A stretch of 32,015 nt of DNA from a virus (IMGVR_UViG_3300031922_000060:1-32015); one strand, 5' to 3'. Positions 10,701 to 17,922 are shown, counted from the stretch's first letter. Translations and numbers: made by a program. The notes: generated from the sequence alone by a model not told the origin.

Positions 10701-10942
10701 GAGGTCGCTATCCGCGATAACTTCCGAGCTGCACCCTGCACTGCATCGACAGGTATGTCGGGATTCAACTTGAAAAGCATAGTTTGAAGCCGTCCCATAA
10801 GCAAAACTTCGCCGTAGCTGTTCCGTTCGGGATTAGGTGCATCGGGTGCGAGGTCTACACCGGATATGTATGTATATCCGGTGCTTTGCAGCTCCTCAAT
10901 GGCCATTTCTTCTATTGCAGATTCACACAGTTTAGCCATCAT
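7718..10942 (-). CDS. hsdR: Type I restriction endonuclease subunit R
   Basis: Nuclease motif RPD...FELKN, Walker A HTQGAGKS, DEAHR, FTGTP, MWLTGFD, QAIARVNR, C-terminal YGYPPD. The start may be the second ATG at 10939. Confidence 0.95.
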   Translation of the reverse strand: MMAKLCESAIEEMAIEELQSTGYTYISGVDLAPDAPNPERNSYGEVLLMGRLQTMLFKLNPDIPVDAVQGAARKLSRIATSNLLTDNEEFHKMLVDGVPVEYRKGSDIKGDFVHVVDFDNPLNNEFLVVNQYTIVQNNNNKRPDVLLFVNGIPLVIFELKNPADENATCHKAFDQLQAYKLAIPGLFTCNEICVISDGLEAKAGSLTASYSRFSAWKTKDGIKEAAKFDDELSTLIHGLCDPTTLIDYIHSFITYEKTHTEDKETYIVKVETVKKIAAYHQYYAVNKAVEQTIRASGVTTASQMLREDPEKYGLPAAKDQPRGDRKAGVVWHTQGAGKSLSMVFYAGKIVRKLNNPTILILNDRNDLDDQLFDTFAGNSDLLRQPPKQADSCEELKTLLKVASGGIVFTTIQKFIPDNNTSVYERLSSRDNIVVIADEAHRTQYGFNAKLRDIKENGEVVGQRIAYGFAKYIRDALPNATFIGFTGTPVEKQDANTPAVFGNYIDIYDIAQAVEDNVTVRIFYESRLAKVNLTEEGKRLVEQFDAELDEVGEADEATAAKIKWAKLEAIVGNEDRIRILANDIITHFEERQEVFEGKALIVAMSRRIAVSLYNAIIKMRPEWHNDDLDKGVIKVVMTSSSSDGAAIQKHRTTKAQRKTLALRLKDENNPLKIVIVRDMWLTGFDAPCLNTMYIDKPMKDHNLMQAIARVNRVFKDKPGGLIVDYIGIATNLKKALGFYAESGGKGVPAETHQKAVEIMIEKLEVVRGILHGFDYSAFFSGAVKDKLSIILQAEDYILGVDDGKNRYVREVSLLGQAYALAKPDPKTFQHAEEIAFFQAVKARLTKFGTGGTGRDDSYDSVIRNIVNTAIASDQVVDIFSAAGLQKPELSILSEEFLKEIRGMKYKNVAFELLKKLLSDEIKIRAKHNLAKSKSLMEMLDGAIKRYQNNLLTTAEIIEQLIRIAREINAADKRGQDMGLSEDELAFYDALETNDSAVKVLGDDQLRAIAREIADKVRQNATIDFAIKETARARIMVIVRRILNKYGYPPDKQPAAIDLVMKQAENLADVWSAEVK

Positions 10943-10950
10943 TACACCTC

Positions 10951-13257
10951 CTAAACACCAAACGGCGCAAACTGAGTCAGATATTTGCGGATTAACATAT
11001 ACTGGTTTTGCAAATCAATGGGAGGACATAGAATGGGTTTTGATTGCACTTCGTTCTTGTCCAAGACCTGTCCCTCCCGCGCCCCCGGTTTAATAAGAGA
11101 CAAAAAGTAGCTGTTACAAATACGCATATAAATCTCTAAAATTTCGGGGTTCATTCTTGTGTCATCAATCTCATAGACATGGTAGGCAGGGCTGACCCCT
11201 CCGATCTCGTCCTTCATAACCCCGAAGTTCAATATTTCACGGCTCATACCGAATATCAAATCACCACAGTAGGCGAGTTTGTTTTTCGATCCATTGTTTG
11301 TTATTGTCTTGCTGAAATTTTCAGACCGAAGATGAACGCCACGGTTCGTAGTGGAATATTCGGGCACATCATCTCTGTCGCCAACGCGCTCATTTCTAAT
11401 CTGAAGAATACTGCCCAAATGGATGACATCCCACATTTCAGGAACCTTACCATACGGGGTTTCTTTCATTGCCCCGCCATTATCCTTATAAGGCTTTCCA
11501 TCGCCATCAAGAAAAGAAAAATCTATGAACCAGGCCCTAAATAGAGCCTCGGAAAACAACCCAGCCAGACTTGCTCCTATCTTTTGCAGTTGCGTTATGG
11601 CACCAATACGGTCTAACAATTCTGCGAGTTCTTCCGAACTCATGCTATTGAAATCGGGCATTCGCAGAGCTTTACCGAAGTCAATAGCAGCAGTTGTAAT
11701 AACCCCAGTACCACCTGACCTTTCGCCAAATTCCTCCGATAGTTGCGCCATCTTTTCTCTAAGAGAATCAATGTTGCCAGATAAATCGCGCACAGCGATT
11801 GAAAGGTCGCTATCATCACCAATGCCGAGTGTGCCTGATACATATTTCGTTGGTGAAAGATTGAAATTCCTTTTTTCTATTTCTTCCGTGGTAGCCACTC
11901 TGCAGAAATTGGGGACATCCATATAGCCTTCGCTGCTAAAGAATGCTTGAGCAGTGGTGGATATTTTTTTTATGTCCACATCGGTAAACTCTTTAAGTGT
12001 ACGATTTACATATTTACCGAGAGACCGAGCGTCAATAAATAGCGTTTTGCCCTTCTGTCTTTTAGCACGATTAAAAAACCACAAGCAAACCTCTATTTTT
12101 GTTGAGTAAAAGAGTTTTGCAGGCAGAGCAATCACGCACTCCACCAAATCGTCCTTAATTATTTTCTTCCGGATAGAGAACTCAGCCTCAGTTTCGATAG
12201 AGAGCGCGGTATTCGCCAGCACCAATCCGACCTTCCCTTTTGGAGAAAGGTGATATAGAAAGTGCTGAATCCATGCATAATTTGCATTGTTTTCTGGCGG
12301 TACGCCATATTTCCAACGTCCATCTGTGCGAAGTAACTCACCGCTCCAGTCACTATCATTAAACGGCGGATTAGCGATAACAAAGTCTGCTTTGAGATCT
12401 GGGTGCGAATCGTTGAGAAACGAGCCTTCGTTGTTCCATTTCACATTGGAACTGTCTATACCGCGCATAGCAAGATTCATTTTACACAGCCGCCAAGTGG
12501 TCTGGTTGCTTTCCTGCCCATAAACAGACACAACGCTCTCAAACAGTTTGTCGATTTCCTTTACCTTGCCATTATAACGGTCAGCATGGGCTTCGATAAA
12601 CTTCTCACTTTGAACAAACATACCACCTGAACCGCAACAAGGGTCAAATACGCGGCCTTCATACGGCTCAAGCATCTCAACCAACAATTGAACAACGCAT
12701 CGCGGTGTATAGAACTGTCCGCCCTTCTTTCCCTCTGCAAGGGCAAATTGGCCAAGGAAGTACTCATAAACCCTACCCAATACGTCATTTGAGCGCGAAA
12801 CACCGTCGCCGAGTGCAATGGTGCTGATAATATCAATTAGCCCACCAAGCGATTGCTTGTCGAGTTTTTCTTTAGCGTATTCTTTTGGCAACACACCCTT
12901 AAGGGACGGGTTGTCCTTTTCAATTGCGTCCATAGCGTCGTCTACGTCTTTGCCGATGGTAGAGAGTTTCGCCCGCCCTTGCAGGTAGTCCCAGCGAGCC
13001 TGCGGCGGTACATAGAAGACGTTCTCTGCACGGTACTCATACGGGTCGTTCGGGTTGGCATCGGCATAATCGCCTTCGCCGGCCTCAAGTTTGTGATACA
13101 ACTCGTAAAAGTTATCCGATATGTATTTAAGGAAGATAAGCCCAAGGACGATGTGCTTATACTCCGCTGCGTCCATATTTTTACGCAGCTTGTCGGCAGT
13201 GGCCCAAAGCACCTGCTCGACAGGCTGTTCTTTTACTTCTTTCTTAGCTCTCGCCAT
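10951..13257 (-). CDS. hsdM: Type I RM N6-adenine methyltransferase HsdM fused to a half (single-TRD) HsdS
   Basis: Start reassigned to ATG 13257 (GGAGGG RBS; MARAKK; 768 aa). HsdM motifs GQFYTP, DPCCGSGG, NPPF. The C-terminal about 250 aa carry HsdS hallmarks ALFRAWFIDF...GKPYKDNGGAM...GKVPEMW, one TRD and PPIDLQ. Confidence 0.9.
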   Translation of the reverse strand: MARAKKEVKEQPVEQVLWATADKLRKNMDAAEYKHIVLGLIFLKYISDNFYELYHKLEAGEGDYADANPNDPYEYRAENVFYVPPQARWDYLQGRAKLSTIGKDVDDAMDAIEKDNPSLKGVLPKEYAKEKLDKQSLGGLIDIISTIALGDGVSRSNDVLGRVYEYFLGQFALAEGKKGGQFYTPRCVVQLLVEMLEPYEGRVFDPCCGSGGMFVQSEKFIEAHADRYNGKVKEIDKLFESVVSVYGQESNQTTWRLCKMNLAMRGIDSSNVKWNNEGSFLNDSHPDLKADFVIANPPFNDSDWSGELLRTDGRWKYGVPPENNANYAWIQHFLYHLSPKGKVGLVLANTALSIETEAEFSIRKKIIKDDLVECVIALPAKLFYSTKIEVCLWFFNRAKRQKGKTLFIDARSLGKYVNRTLKEFTDVDIKKISTTAQAFFSSEGYMDVPNFCRVATTEEIEKRNFNLSPTKYVSGTLGIGDDSDLSIAVRDLSGNIDSLREKMAQLSEEFGERSGGTGVITTAAIDFGKALRMPDFNSMSSEELAELLDRIGAITQLQKIGASLAGLFSEALFRAWFIDFSFLDGDGKPYKDNGGAMKETPYGKVPEMWDVIHLGSILQIRNERVGDRDDVPEYSTTNRGVHLRSENFSKTITNNGSKNKLAYCGDLIFGMSREILNFGVMKDEIGGVSPAYHVYEIDDTRMNPEILEIYMRICNSYFLSLIKPGAREGQVLDKNEVQSKPILCPPIDLQNQYMLIRKYLTQFAPFGV

Positions 13258-13483
13258 TGTCTTGTCCCTCCGTTTGTGTGTCTTTGTGGCCGTCACGATC
13301 ATCCGCGCCGCCGGAGCGAATCCACTCGTCGACCTCTGAAAATTTGAACTTCCATAATCGCCCGACCTTATGCGCGGGCATATTTCGATGAGCAATCCAC
13401 CGCAGCACTGCTTCGCGGCTCACATCGAGGTATTCCAACAATTCATTCATAGAAGCCCATTTTTCAATATCATGCCTTGGCAT
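13244..13483 (-). CDS. Excisionase-like (HTH_17-type) DNA-binding protein
   Basis: EKWASMNELLEYLDVSREAVLRWIAHRNMPAHKVGRLWKFKFSEVDEWI. Start set at ATG 13483 with GGAGG RBS; overlaps the hsdM start. Confidence 0.8.
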   Translation of the reverse strand: MPRHDIEKWASMNELLEYLDVSREAVLRWIAHRNMPAHKVGRLWKFKFSEVDEWIRSGGADDRDGHKDTQTEGQDNGES

Positions 13484-13518
13484 TATTAACCCTCCGCTTT
13501 TTAACTTGGATTCAGATT

Positions 13519-14406
13519 TCATTTCGTCCACCCTACAGTCACCGGCAAGCGCAGTTTTGCTCTTTTGTCGGGGAAGCAGAGGCGACCTTCGCTGTTTTTC
13601 ATATCTAACACAATCTCGTGTATTCCTTCAATATGTCGCGCTTCAACATTGACAGTTATTGTAACCTCGCCGCCCGGCGGGGTTTTCGTTATATCAATGC
13701 GAGTTGCTGCCATCTTCAGCGACGTTTGCATGCTATTTACGAATTCCATATATCTCCCATCCCAAACAGCCGCGCCACTGTTCTTGATTACCCAGTGGTG
13801 GGTCAGCGTCCCGTAAAAAGCGGCTTTGTGTGGACTCGATGGGTTTTGCCTTACCAAGCGGAAGTCATCTCCGGCGCAAAGGGGCGCTGGCGCGGCATCT
13901 GCTTCTTCTTTCTCGGCGGGCTTTTCGGGTGGGTTCATTAGCCGCTCAGTCACGAAGTCTGCAACAAAGGTATCGGGTGCGCTATCATCGTTAGATTTAA
14001 CAAACTCCAAGAACTGCTCAAAGAGGCCCTCGAAAACAAGCGTCCTGCCCACATCTGCGGAAACGCTGAAATCGTCACATAATCCTTTTAATGCCTCCAC
14101 CGATATAACGGCTTCGCAATAGGCGATGAATGTGGCTTTGCTGGCATTCGCCAGAATGTGCATCTTTATCGGGTTCGTTAAGCCCTTGTATTTGGTCCTG
14201 TTGCCGTAGAGTCGCTTTCTGCTTGTTGGGTCGCTACCACTCAAACCGGAGGGCAAGCAACTGCTAAATTCAAAGTCATTAGGTCTATTAACTTTAACAG
14301 GGTTCGTTTCTCCGCAAAGCGCAGAGAAGATTTCGAGTGCGAATTGACCTTGATTGGAGCAAGGAAAACGGTCGTGCAGCTTATTTAAAAAATCACAGAA
14401 GCGCAT
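13519..14406 (-). CDS. Hypothetical protein with C-terminal NBR1/FW Ig-like domain; possible regulator
   Basis: C-terminal WVIKNSGAAVW...TPPGGEVTITV...G...DMKNSEGRLCFP pattern resembles bacterial NBR1-Ig-like domains; Pro/Glu/Ala linker; unassigned N-terminal domain; GGGAGG RBS. Confidence 0.6.
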   Translation of the reverse strand: MRFCDFLNKLHDRFPCSNQGQFALEIFSALCGETNPVKVNRPNDFEFSSCLPSGLSGSDPTSRKRLYGNRTKYKGLTNPIKMHILANASKATFIAYCEAVISVEALKGLCDDFSVSADVGRTLVFEGLFEQFLEFVKSNDDSAPDTFVADFVTERLMNPPEKPAEKEEADAAPAPLCAGDDFRLVRQNPSSPHKAAFYGTLTHHWVIKNSGAAVWDGRYMEFVNSMQTSLKMAATRIDITKTPPGGEVTITVNVEARHIEGIHEIVLDMKNSEGRLCFPDKRAKLRLPVTVGWTK

Positions 14407-14435
14407 GCCTTCCTTCCTCCCAATTGTGTTGCTTT

Positions 14436-14457
14436 AAAAAGTCACCAAAAAGTCACC
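14436..14457. repeat. Perfect 11-bp tandem repeat (AAAAAGTCACC x2), candidate operator
   Basis: Seen directly, 30 nt upstream of the 14406 start codon. Confidence 0.6.
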
Positions 14458-14581
14458 TTTGCCTTGAAAAAGACCCCCATTCGCGCTCCTGCTTCTGAGG
14501 ACAAGTCGTCGTATTATTTATACAGACGGCGGTCAAACAATGTTAATGCTCATCAACAAGCGTTAAGACAAACTTTAAGAT

Positions 14582-14610
14582 ATTCTACGCCATAATATTG
14601 AGTTTGTCAA
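14582..14610 (-). promoter_or_regulatory. SigA/sigma70-type promoter for the leftward defence operon
   Basis: Minus strand: TTGACA (14610-14605), 17-nt spacer, TAGAAT (14587-14582). Confidence 0.75.
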
Positions 14611-14685
14611 GATGAAATAGCATTAAGTGTTGTAAAGACGCGTTAAACCATAAACAGAGGATTAAGAGAAAGGAGGACAACCTTC

Positions 14686-14886
14686 ATGAGCGAGGTAAGA
14701 ACCCAAAAAGGGAAGCTCATCGGAATGATCGATGCGCGCACAAGCACCCTTCATATCAAGGACGGCAAGAAAACCACGATGATTGAGATTCCCACAAACG
14801 GACTAAAGATTCGTTTTGTTTCAGGAAACGGCGCAGCTGAGGAAGTTTACATACCGCCTCTTAAGAGTGCGCCAATATTCGCATAA
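14686..14886 (+). CDS. Small hypothetical phage protein
   Basis: 66-aa ORF with strong AAGGAGG RBS; first rightward gene. Confidence 0.7.
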   Translation: MSEVRTQKGKLIGMIDARTSTLHIKDGKKTTMIEIPTNGLKIRFVSGNGAAEEVYIPPLKSAPIFA

Positions 14887-14912
14887 CACCCAACCCACAA
14901 TCAAATAAACCC

Positions 14913-15043
14913 GAATCCGCCAGATTGCTTTAGACGACAGTGCGGGCGACCCGAAAGGGCGCTCACGCTGTCGTCTATTTCTGTCTTGTGGCGGATTCAG
15001 CGACTCCGGCGGATTCAGGAATTCCTGACAAGCAAAGGAGTCG
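14913..15043 (+). promoter_or_regulatory. Structured leader RNA upstream of the sigma-like gene
   Basis: Nested stems GAATCCGCCA/TGGCGGATTC and TAGACGACAG/CTGTCGTCTA capped by CCC-GAAA-GGG; CGACTCC pairs with the RBS GGAGTCG. Confidence 0.6.
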
Positions 15044-15046
15044 AAC

Positions 15047-15532
15047 ATGGACAATCAACGTTTTATTAAAACCGGTGGACAAAAATTCACTGTTACCGCG
15101 GAAAGTTACCGCGCTTACAAGCGGCCGGCCTGGGCAGAACGCAAGCGCAAAGAACGGGAAAAGCGTTGTGTCATCAGTAATGGCAGGGGTGGCACAAAGC
15201 GCTGCACAGATGACTGCAGCAAATGCGACAAGCAACGGACGGGTAGCGTCCTATCCCTCGACAAGTTCATCGACGACGGCTACGAATTGGCCGACACGGC
15301 GGATTTGGCTGAACTTGTGGCGGACAAGCTGCTGCTCGAACAGCTTGTGGCCGCCCTTGACGACTTGGAGCCGGACGAGCGGGCGCTGATAAACGCTCTG
15401 TTCAACAACGACCGAACCGAGCGGGATTACGCAGCCGAAATCGGCATCTCACACCAAGCGGTCGGAAAACGCCTGAAGAAGGTCGTCGCAAAGCTACGCG
15501 GGATTATGGGCGTGGAAAAAGACGGCAAATAA
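15047..15532 (+). CDS. Sigma-70 region-4-like transcription regulator
   Basis: C-terminal LDDLEPDERALINALF...TERDYAAEIGISHQAVGKRLKK HTH; SLD motif; N-terminal Cys cluster. Confidence 0.8.
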   Translation: MDNQRFIKTGGQKFTVTAESYRAYKRPAWAERKRKEREKRCVISNGRGGTKRCTDDCSKCDKQRTGSVLSLDKFIDDGYELADTADLAELVADKLLLEQLVAALDDLEPDERALINALFNNDRTERDYAAEIGISHQAVGKRLKKVVAKLRGIMGVEKDGK

Positions 15533-15544
15533 ATCCCCACATTC

Positions 15545-15600
15545 GGTTGCCAACTCTCCTCTTACTGTCCTGTGGATGGTGAGGGGAGAAAGTTCTCCCC
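15545..15600 (+). promoter_or_regulatory. Box plus hairpin element, copy 1
   Basis: GGTTGCCAA-N12-TGTCCTG-N-GGATGGTGAGGGG, same fixed positions and spacing as the copy at 19924. Confidence 0.7.
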
Positions 15601-15619
15601 CGGAAACGGAGGTAGCCAT

Positions 15620-15808
15620 ATGCAAACGAAGGCACACAGCACGACCACGGACATCGACGCCCGCGACCCCGAACTGGACGAGGAACTGGCGGGAATTCTC
15701 ACAGCAATCAGCGTCGTGTCCAAACGCCTCGCTAAGAAGCTGATGTTGCTTCAGCGGCAAGGCACGACAACTGAGGAAGGAGGGGAACCGGATGAGCAAA
15801 GTGTCTGA
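15620..15808 (+). CDS. Small hypothetical phage protein
   Basis: ATG 15620 with GGAGG RBS; MQTKAH...ELDEELAGILTAISVVSKRLAKKL amphipathic helix. Confidence 0.7.
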   Translation: MQTKAHSTTTDIDARDPELDEELAGILTAISVVSKRLAKKLMLLQRQGTTTEEGGEPDEQSV

Positions 15809-16142
15809 ACTCGACCTGACGGTCAAGGAATTACGTAACGCCGCGCAAGCGATATCGGCAGCGGCTGACAGCCTAACCGCGCTGTTCACGGCAAGCACGA
15901 ACACGGCGACGGAGGCCCCTCTGACTCCCAAAGCGGAGCCGTCCAAGGCAAAGCCAGTCACGCTGGAAGCTGTCAGGGCTGCGCTTGCGGAGCAGTCCCG
16001 CAACGGTCACACCGCGGAGGTGCGAGAGCTACTGCAAAGGCACGGCGCTGCGAAGCTGTCGGAGATTGACCCCGGTGAATACGCCGCCCTGCTTGCGGAA
16101 GCGGCTTATATCGGGCTGACGGAGGGAGTCACAAATGGGTAA
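15792..16142 (+). CDS. Hypothetical phage protein (conserved upstream of DUF2800 genes)
   Basis: GGAGG RBS; C-terminal VTLEAVRAALAEQSRNGHTAEVRELLQRHGAAKLSEID; overlaps both neighbours. Confidence 0.75.
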   Translation: MSKVSELDLTVKELRNAAQAISAAADSLTALFTASTNTATEAPLTPKAEPSKAKPVTLEAVRAALAEQSRNGHTAEVRELLQRHGAAKLSEIDPGEYAALLAEAAYIGLTEGVTNG

Positions 16143-17265
16143 ACACGCGCTCCTGTCAGCGTCCGGTTCCCACCGCTGGCTCAGCTGCCCGCCATCGGCG
16201 CGGCTCTGCGAGCAGTACGAGGATAAGGGCAGCGACTACGCCGCCGAAGGCACGGACGCGCACACGCTTTGCGAGTACAAGCTGAAACGCGCTCTCGGAA
16301 TCAAGGCGAAAGACCCGACCGCCAACCTGACTTATTTTAATGAGGAGATGAATGAGTGCGCCACTGGCTATGCCACCTACATTCTCGAACTAGTCGAGAG
16401 GGCAAAGCAGACCTGCGCCGACCCCGTGGTGCTTATTGAGCAGCGGCTGGATTTCTCCAAGTACGTCGAGGGCGGCTTCGGTACAGGGGACTGCGTGGTC
16501 ATCGCCGATGGGACGCTCCACATCGTGGACTACAAGCACGGCCAGGGTGTTCTGGTGGAAGCCACGGATAACCCTCAGATGAAGTTGTACGCCTTGGGTG
16601 CCTTGGAGCTATTTGACGGAATCTACGACATCGGCACGGTGTGCATGACTATCCACCAGCCACGCAGGGAGAACATCAGCACCCACACGGTTTTCAAAGA
16701 AAGCCTATACCAATGGGCGGATGAAGTCCTCAAACCTGCCGCAGAGCTTGCCTACGCCGGCGAGGGCGACTACCGGTGTGGCGAGTGGTGTCGGTTCTGC
16801 AAGGCGAAATACGACTGCCGCAAACGCGCTGAAGCGAACATGACTCTTGCCCGCTACGACTTCAAGCGGCCGCCGCTTCTGGAGGATGACGAAATCGAAG
16901 GCCTCCTCGGCAAGATTGACGCTCTGGTTTCGTGGGCTTCGGACATCAAGGATTATGCCCTGCAAACCGCCCTCGGCGGGAAGCGGTGGCAGGGATGGAA
17001 GCTGGTCGAGGGACGTTCCAACCGCAAGTATGTCAACGAGGACACGGTGGCGACAGCCGTGACCTTGGCGGGCTACGACCCCTACGAACATAAGGTAATG
17101 GGAATCAGCACGATGGAGAAGACGCTGGGCAAGGCGAAATTCTCCGAACTACTCGGCGGCCTCGTCGAGAAGCCGCAAGGCAAGCCAACGCTCGTGCCGG
17201 AGGGCGACATACGTCCGGCAATCCATACGGCGGCGGACGATTTCGCCGGCCACAACGAAAATTAG
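16135..17265 (+). CDS. DUF2800 family Cas4-like PD-(D/E)XK nuclease
   Basis: HALLSAS...RWLSCPPS, EGTDAH, FGTGD...VDYKHG, NPQMKLYALG, WCRFCK. Confidence 0.85.
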   Translation: MGKHALLSASGSHRWLSCPPSARLCEQYEDKGSDYAAEGTDAHTLCEYKLKRALGIKAKDPTANLTYFNEEMNECATGYATYILELVERAKQTCADPVVLIEQRLDFSKYVEGGFGTGDCVVIADGTLHIVDYKHGQGVLVEATDNPQMKLYALGALELFDGIYDIGTVCMTIHQPRRENISTHTVFKESLYQWADEVLKPAAELAYAGEGDYRCGEWCRFCKAKYDCRKRAEANMTLARYDFKRPPLLEDDEIEGLLGKIDALVSWASDIKDYALQTALGGKRWQGWKLVEGRSNRKYVNEDTVATAVTLAGYDPYEHKVMGISTMEKTLGKAKFSELLGGLVEKPQGKPTLVPEGDIRPAIHTAADDFAGHNEN

Positions 17266-17277
17266 GAGGAATTGATC

Positions 17278-17853
17278 ATGGCAAACCAAGGCAAGAAAGA
17301 AAACCCCACGAAGGTCGTTACCGGCGAAGTAAAGCTCTCTTACGCCAATCTCTGGGAACCCAAGTCAATCAACGGCGGCACGCCGAAATACTCGGTGTCG
17401 CTCATCATCCCCAAGTCCGACAAGCGTACACTCGACAAAATCAAGGCGGCGATTCAGGCGGCCTATGTCGAGGGCGAAGGCAAGCTGAAGGGCAACGGGA
17501 AGACCGTCCCCGCTCTGGCGGTTCTGAAGGCCCCACTACGCGACGGCGACACCGAGCGCCCAGACGACAAAGCCTATTCAGGCGCCTACTTCATCAACGC
17601 CAACAGCGCGACCGCGCCGGGCATCGTGGACAACCAGCAGGAGCCGCAGCCCATCACCGTCCGCTCCGAGATTTATAGCGGCGTCTACGCCAGAGCCAGC
17701 GTGAACTTCTATGCCTTCAACTCAAACGGCAACCGGGGCATCGCCTGCGGCTTGAACAACATCCAAAAACTGCGCGACGGAGACCCGCTTGGCGGCAAGT
17801 CCCGCGCGGAGGACGACTTCGCCACGGCAGATGACGACGATTTCCTCTCGTAA
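17278..17853 (+). CDS. DUF2815 family ssDNA-binding-like protein
   Basis: LSYANLWEPKS, PKYSVSLIIPK, PLRDGD, YSGVYAR, GLNNIQK, acidic tail DDDDFLS; AGGAGG RBS. Confidence 0.85.
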   Translation: MANQGKKENPTKVVTGEVKLSYANLWEPKSINGGTPKYSVSLIIPKSDKRTLDKIKAAIQAAYVEGEGKLKGNGKTVPALAVLKAPLRDGDTERPDDKAYSGAYFINANSATAPGIVDNQQEPQPITVRSEIYSGVYARASVNFYAFNSNGNRGIACGLNNIQKLRDGDPLGGKSRAEDDFATADDDDFLS

Positions 17854-17922
17854 GGCAGAGCGGCAACGAATCAGCGGAAAGGCGGCAAGTTTCCCCGCCG
17901 CCTTTCCGCGTCAGGAGGGCTC

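Larger units (their letters stand above)
454..14406 (-). other. Anti-phage defence cassette (type I RM + Hachiman + Gabija), probably prophage cargo
   Basis: Eight co-oriented genes with overlaps or short gaps (largest gap about 120 nt), divergent from the phage early genes. Confidence 0.85.

Noticed and set aside
13258-13395. 46-aa N-terminal extension of hsdM in the ORF track
   Set aside because: Overlaps the HTH gene; the RBS supports ATG 13257.
13244-13483. Reading the Xis-like gene as the prophage excisionase marking an att site
   Set aside because: No integrase is adjacent and the gene is coupled to hsdM, so a regulatory role fits better.
16135-17265. Cas4-like nuclease as a sign of CRISPR-Cas
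   Set aside because: No repeat-spacer array or other cas genes; the context is phage replication.
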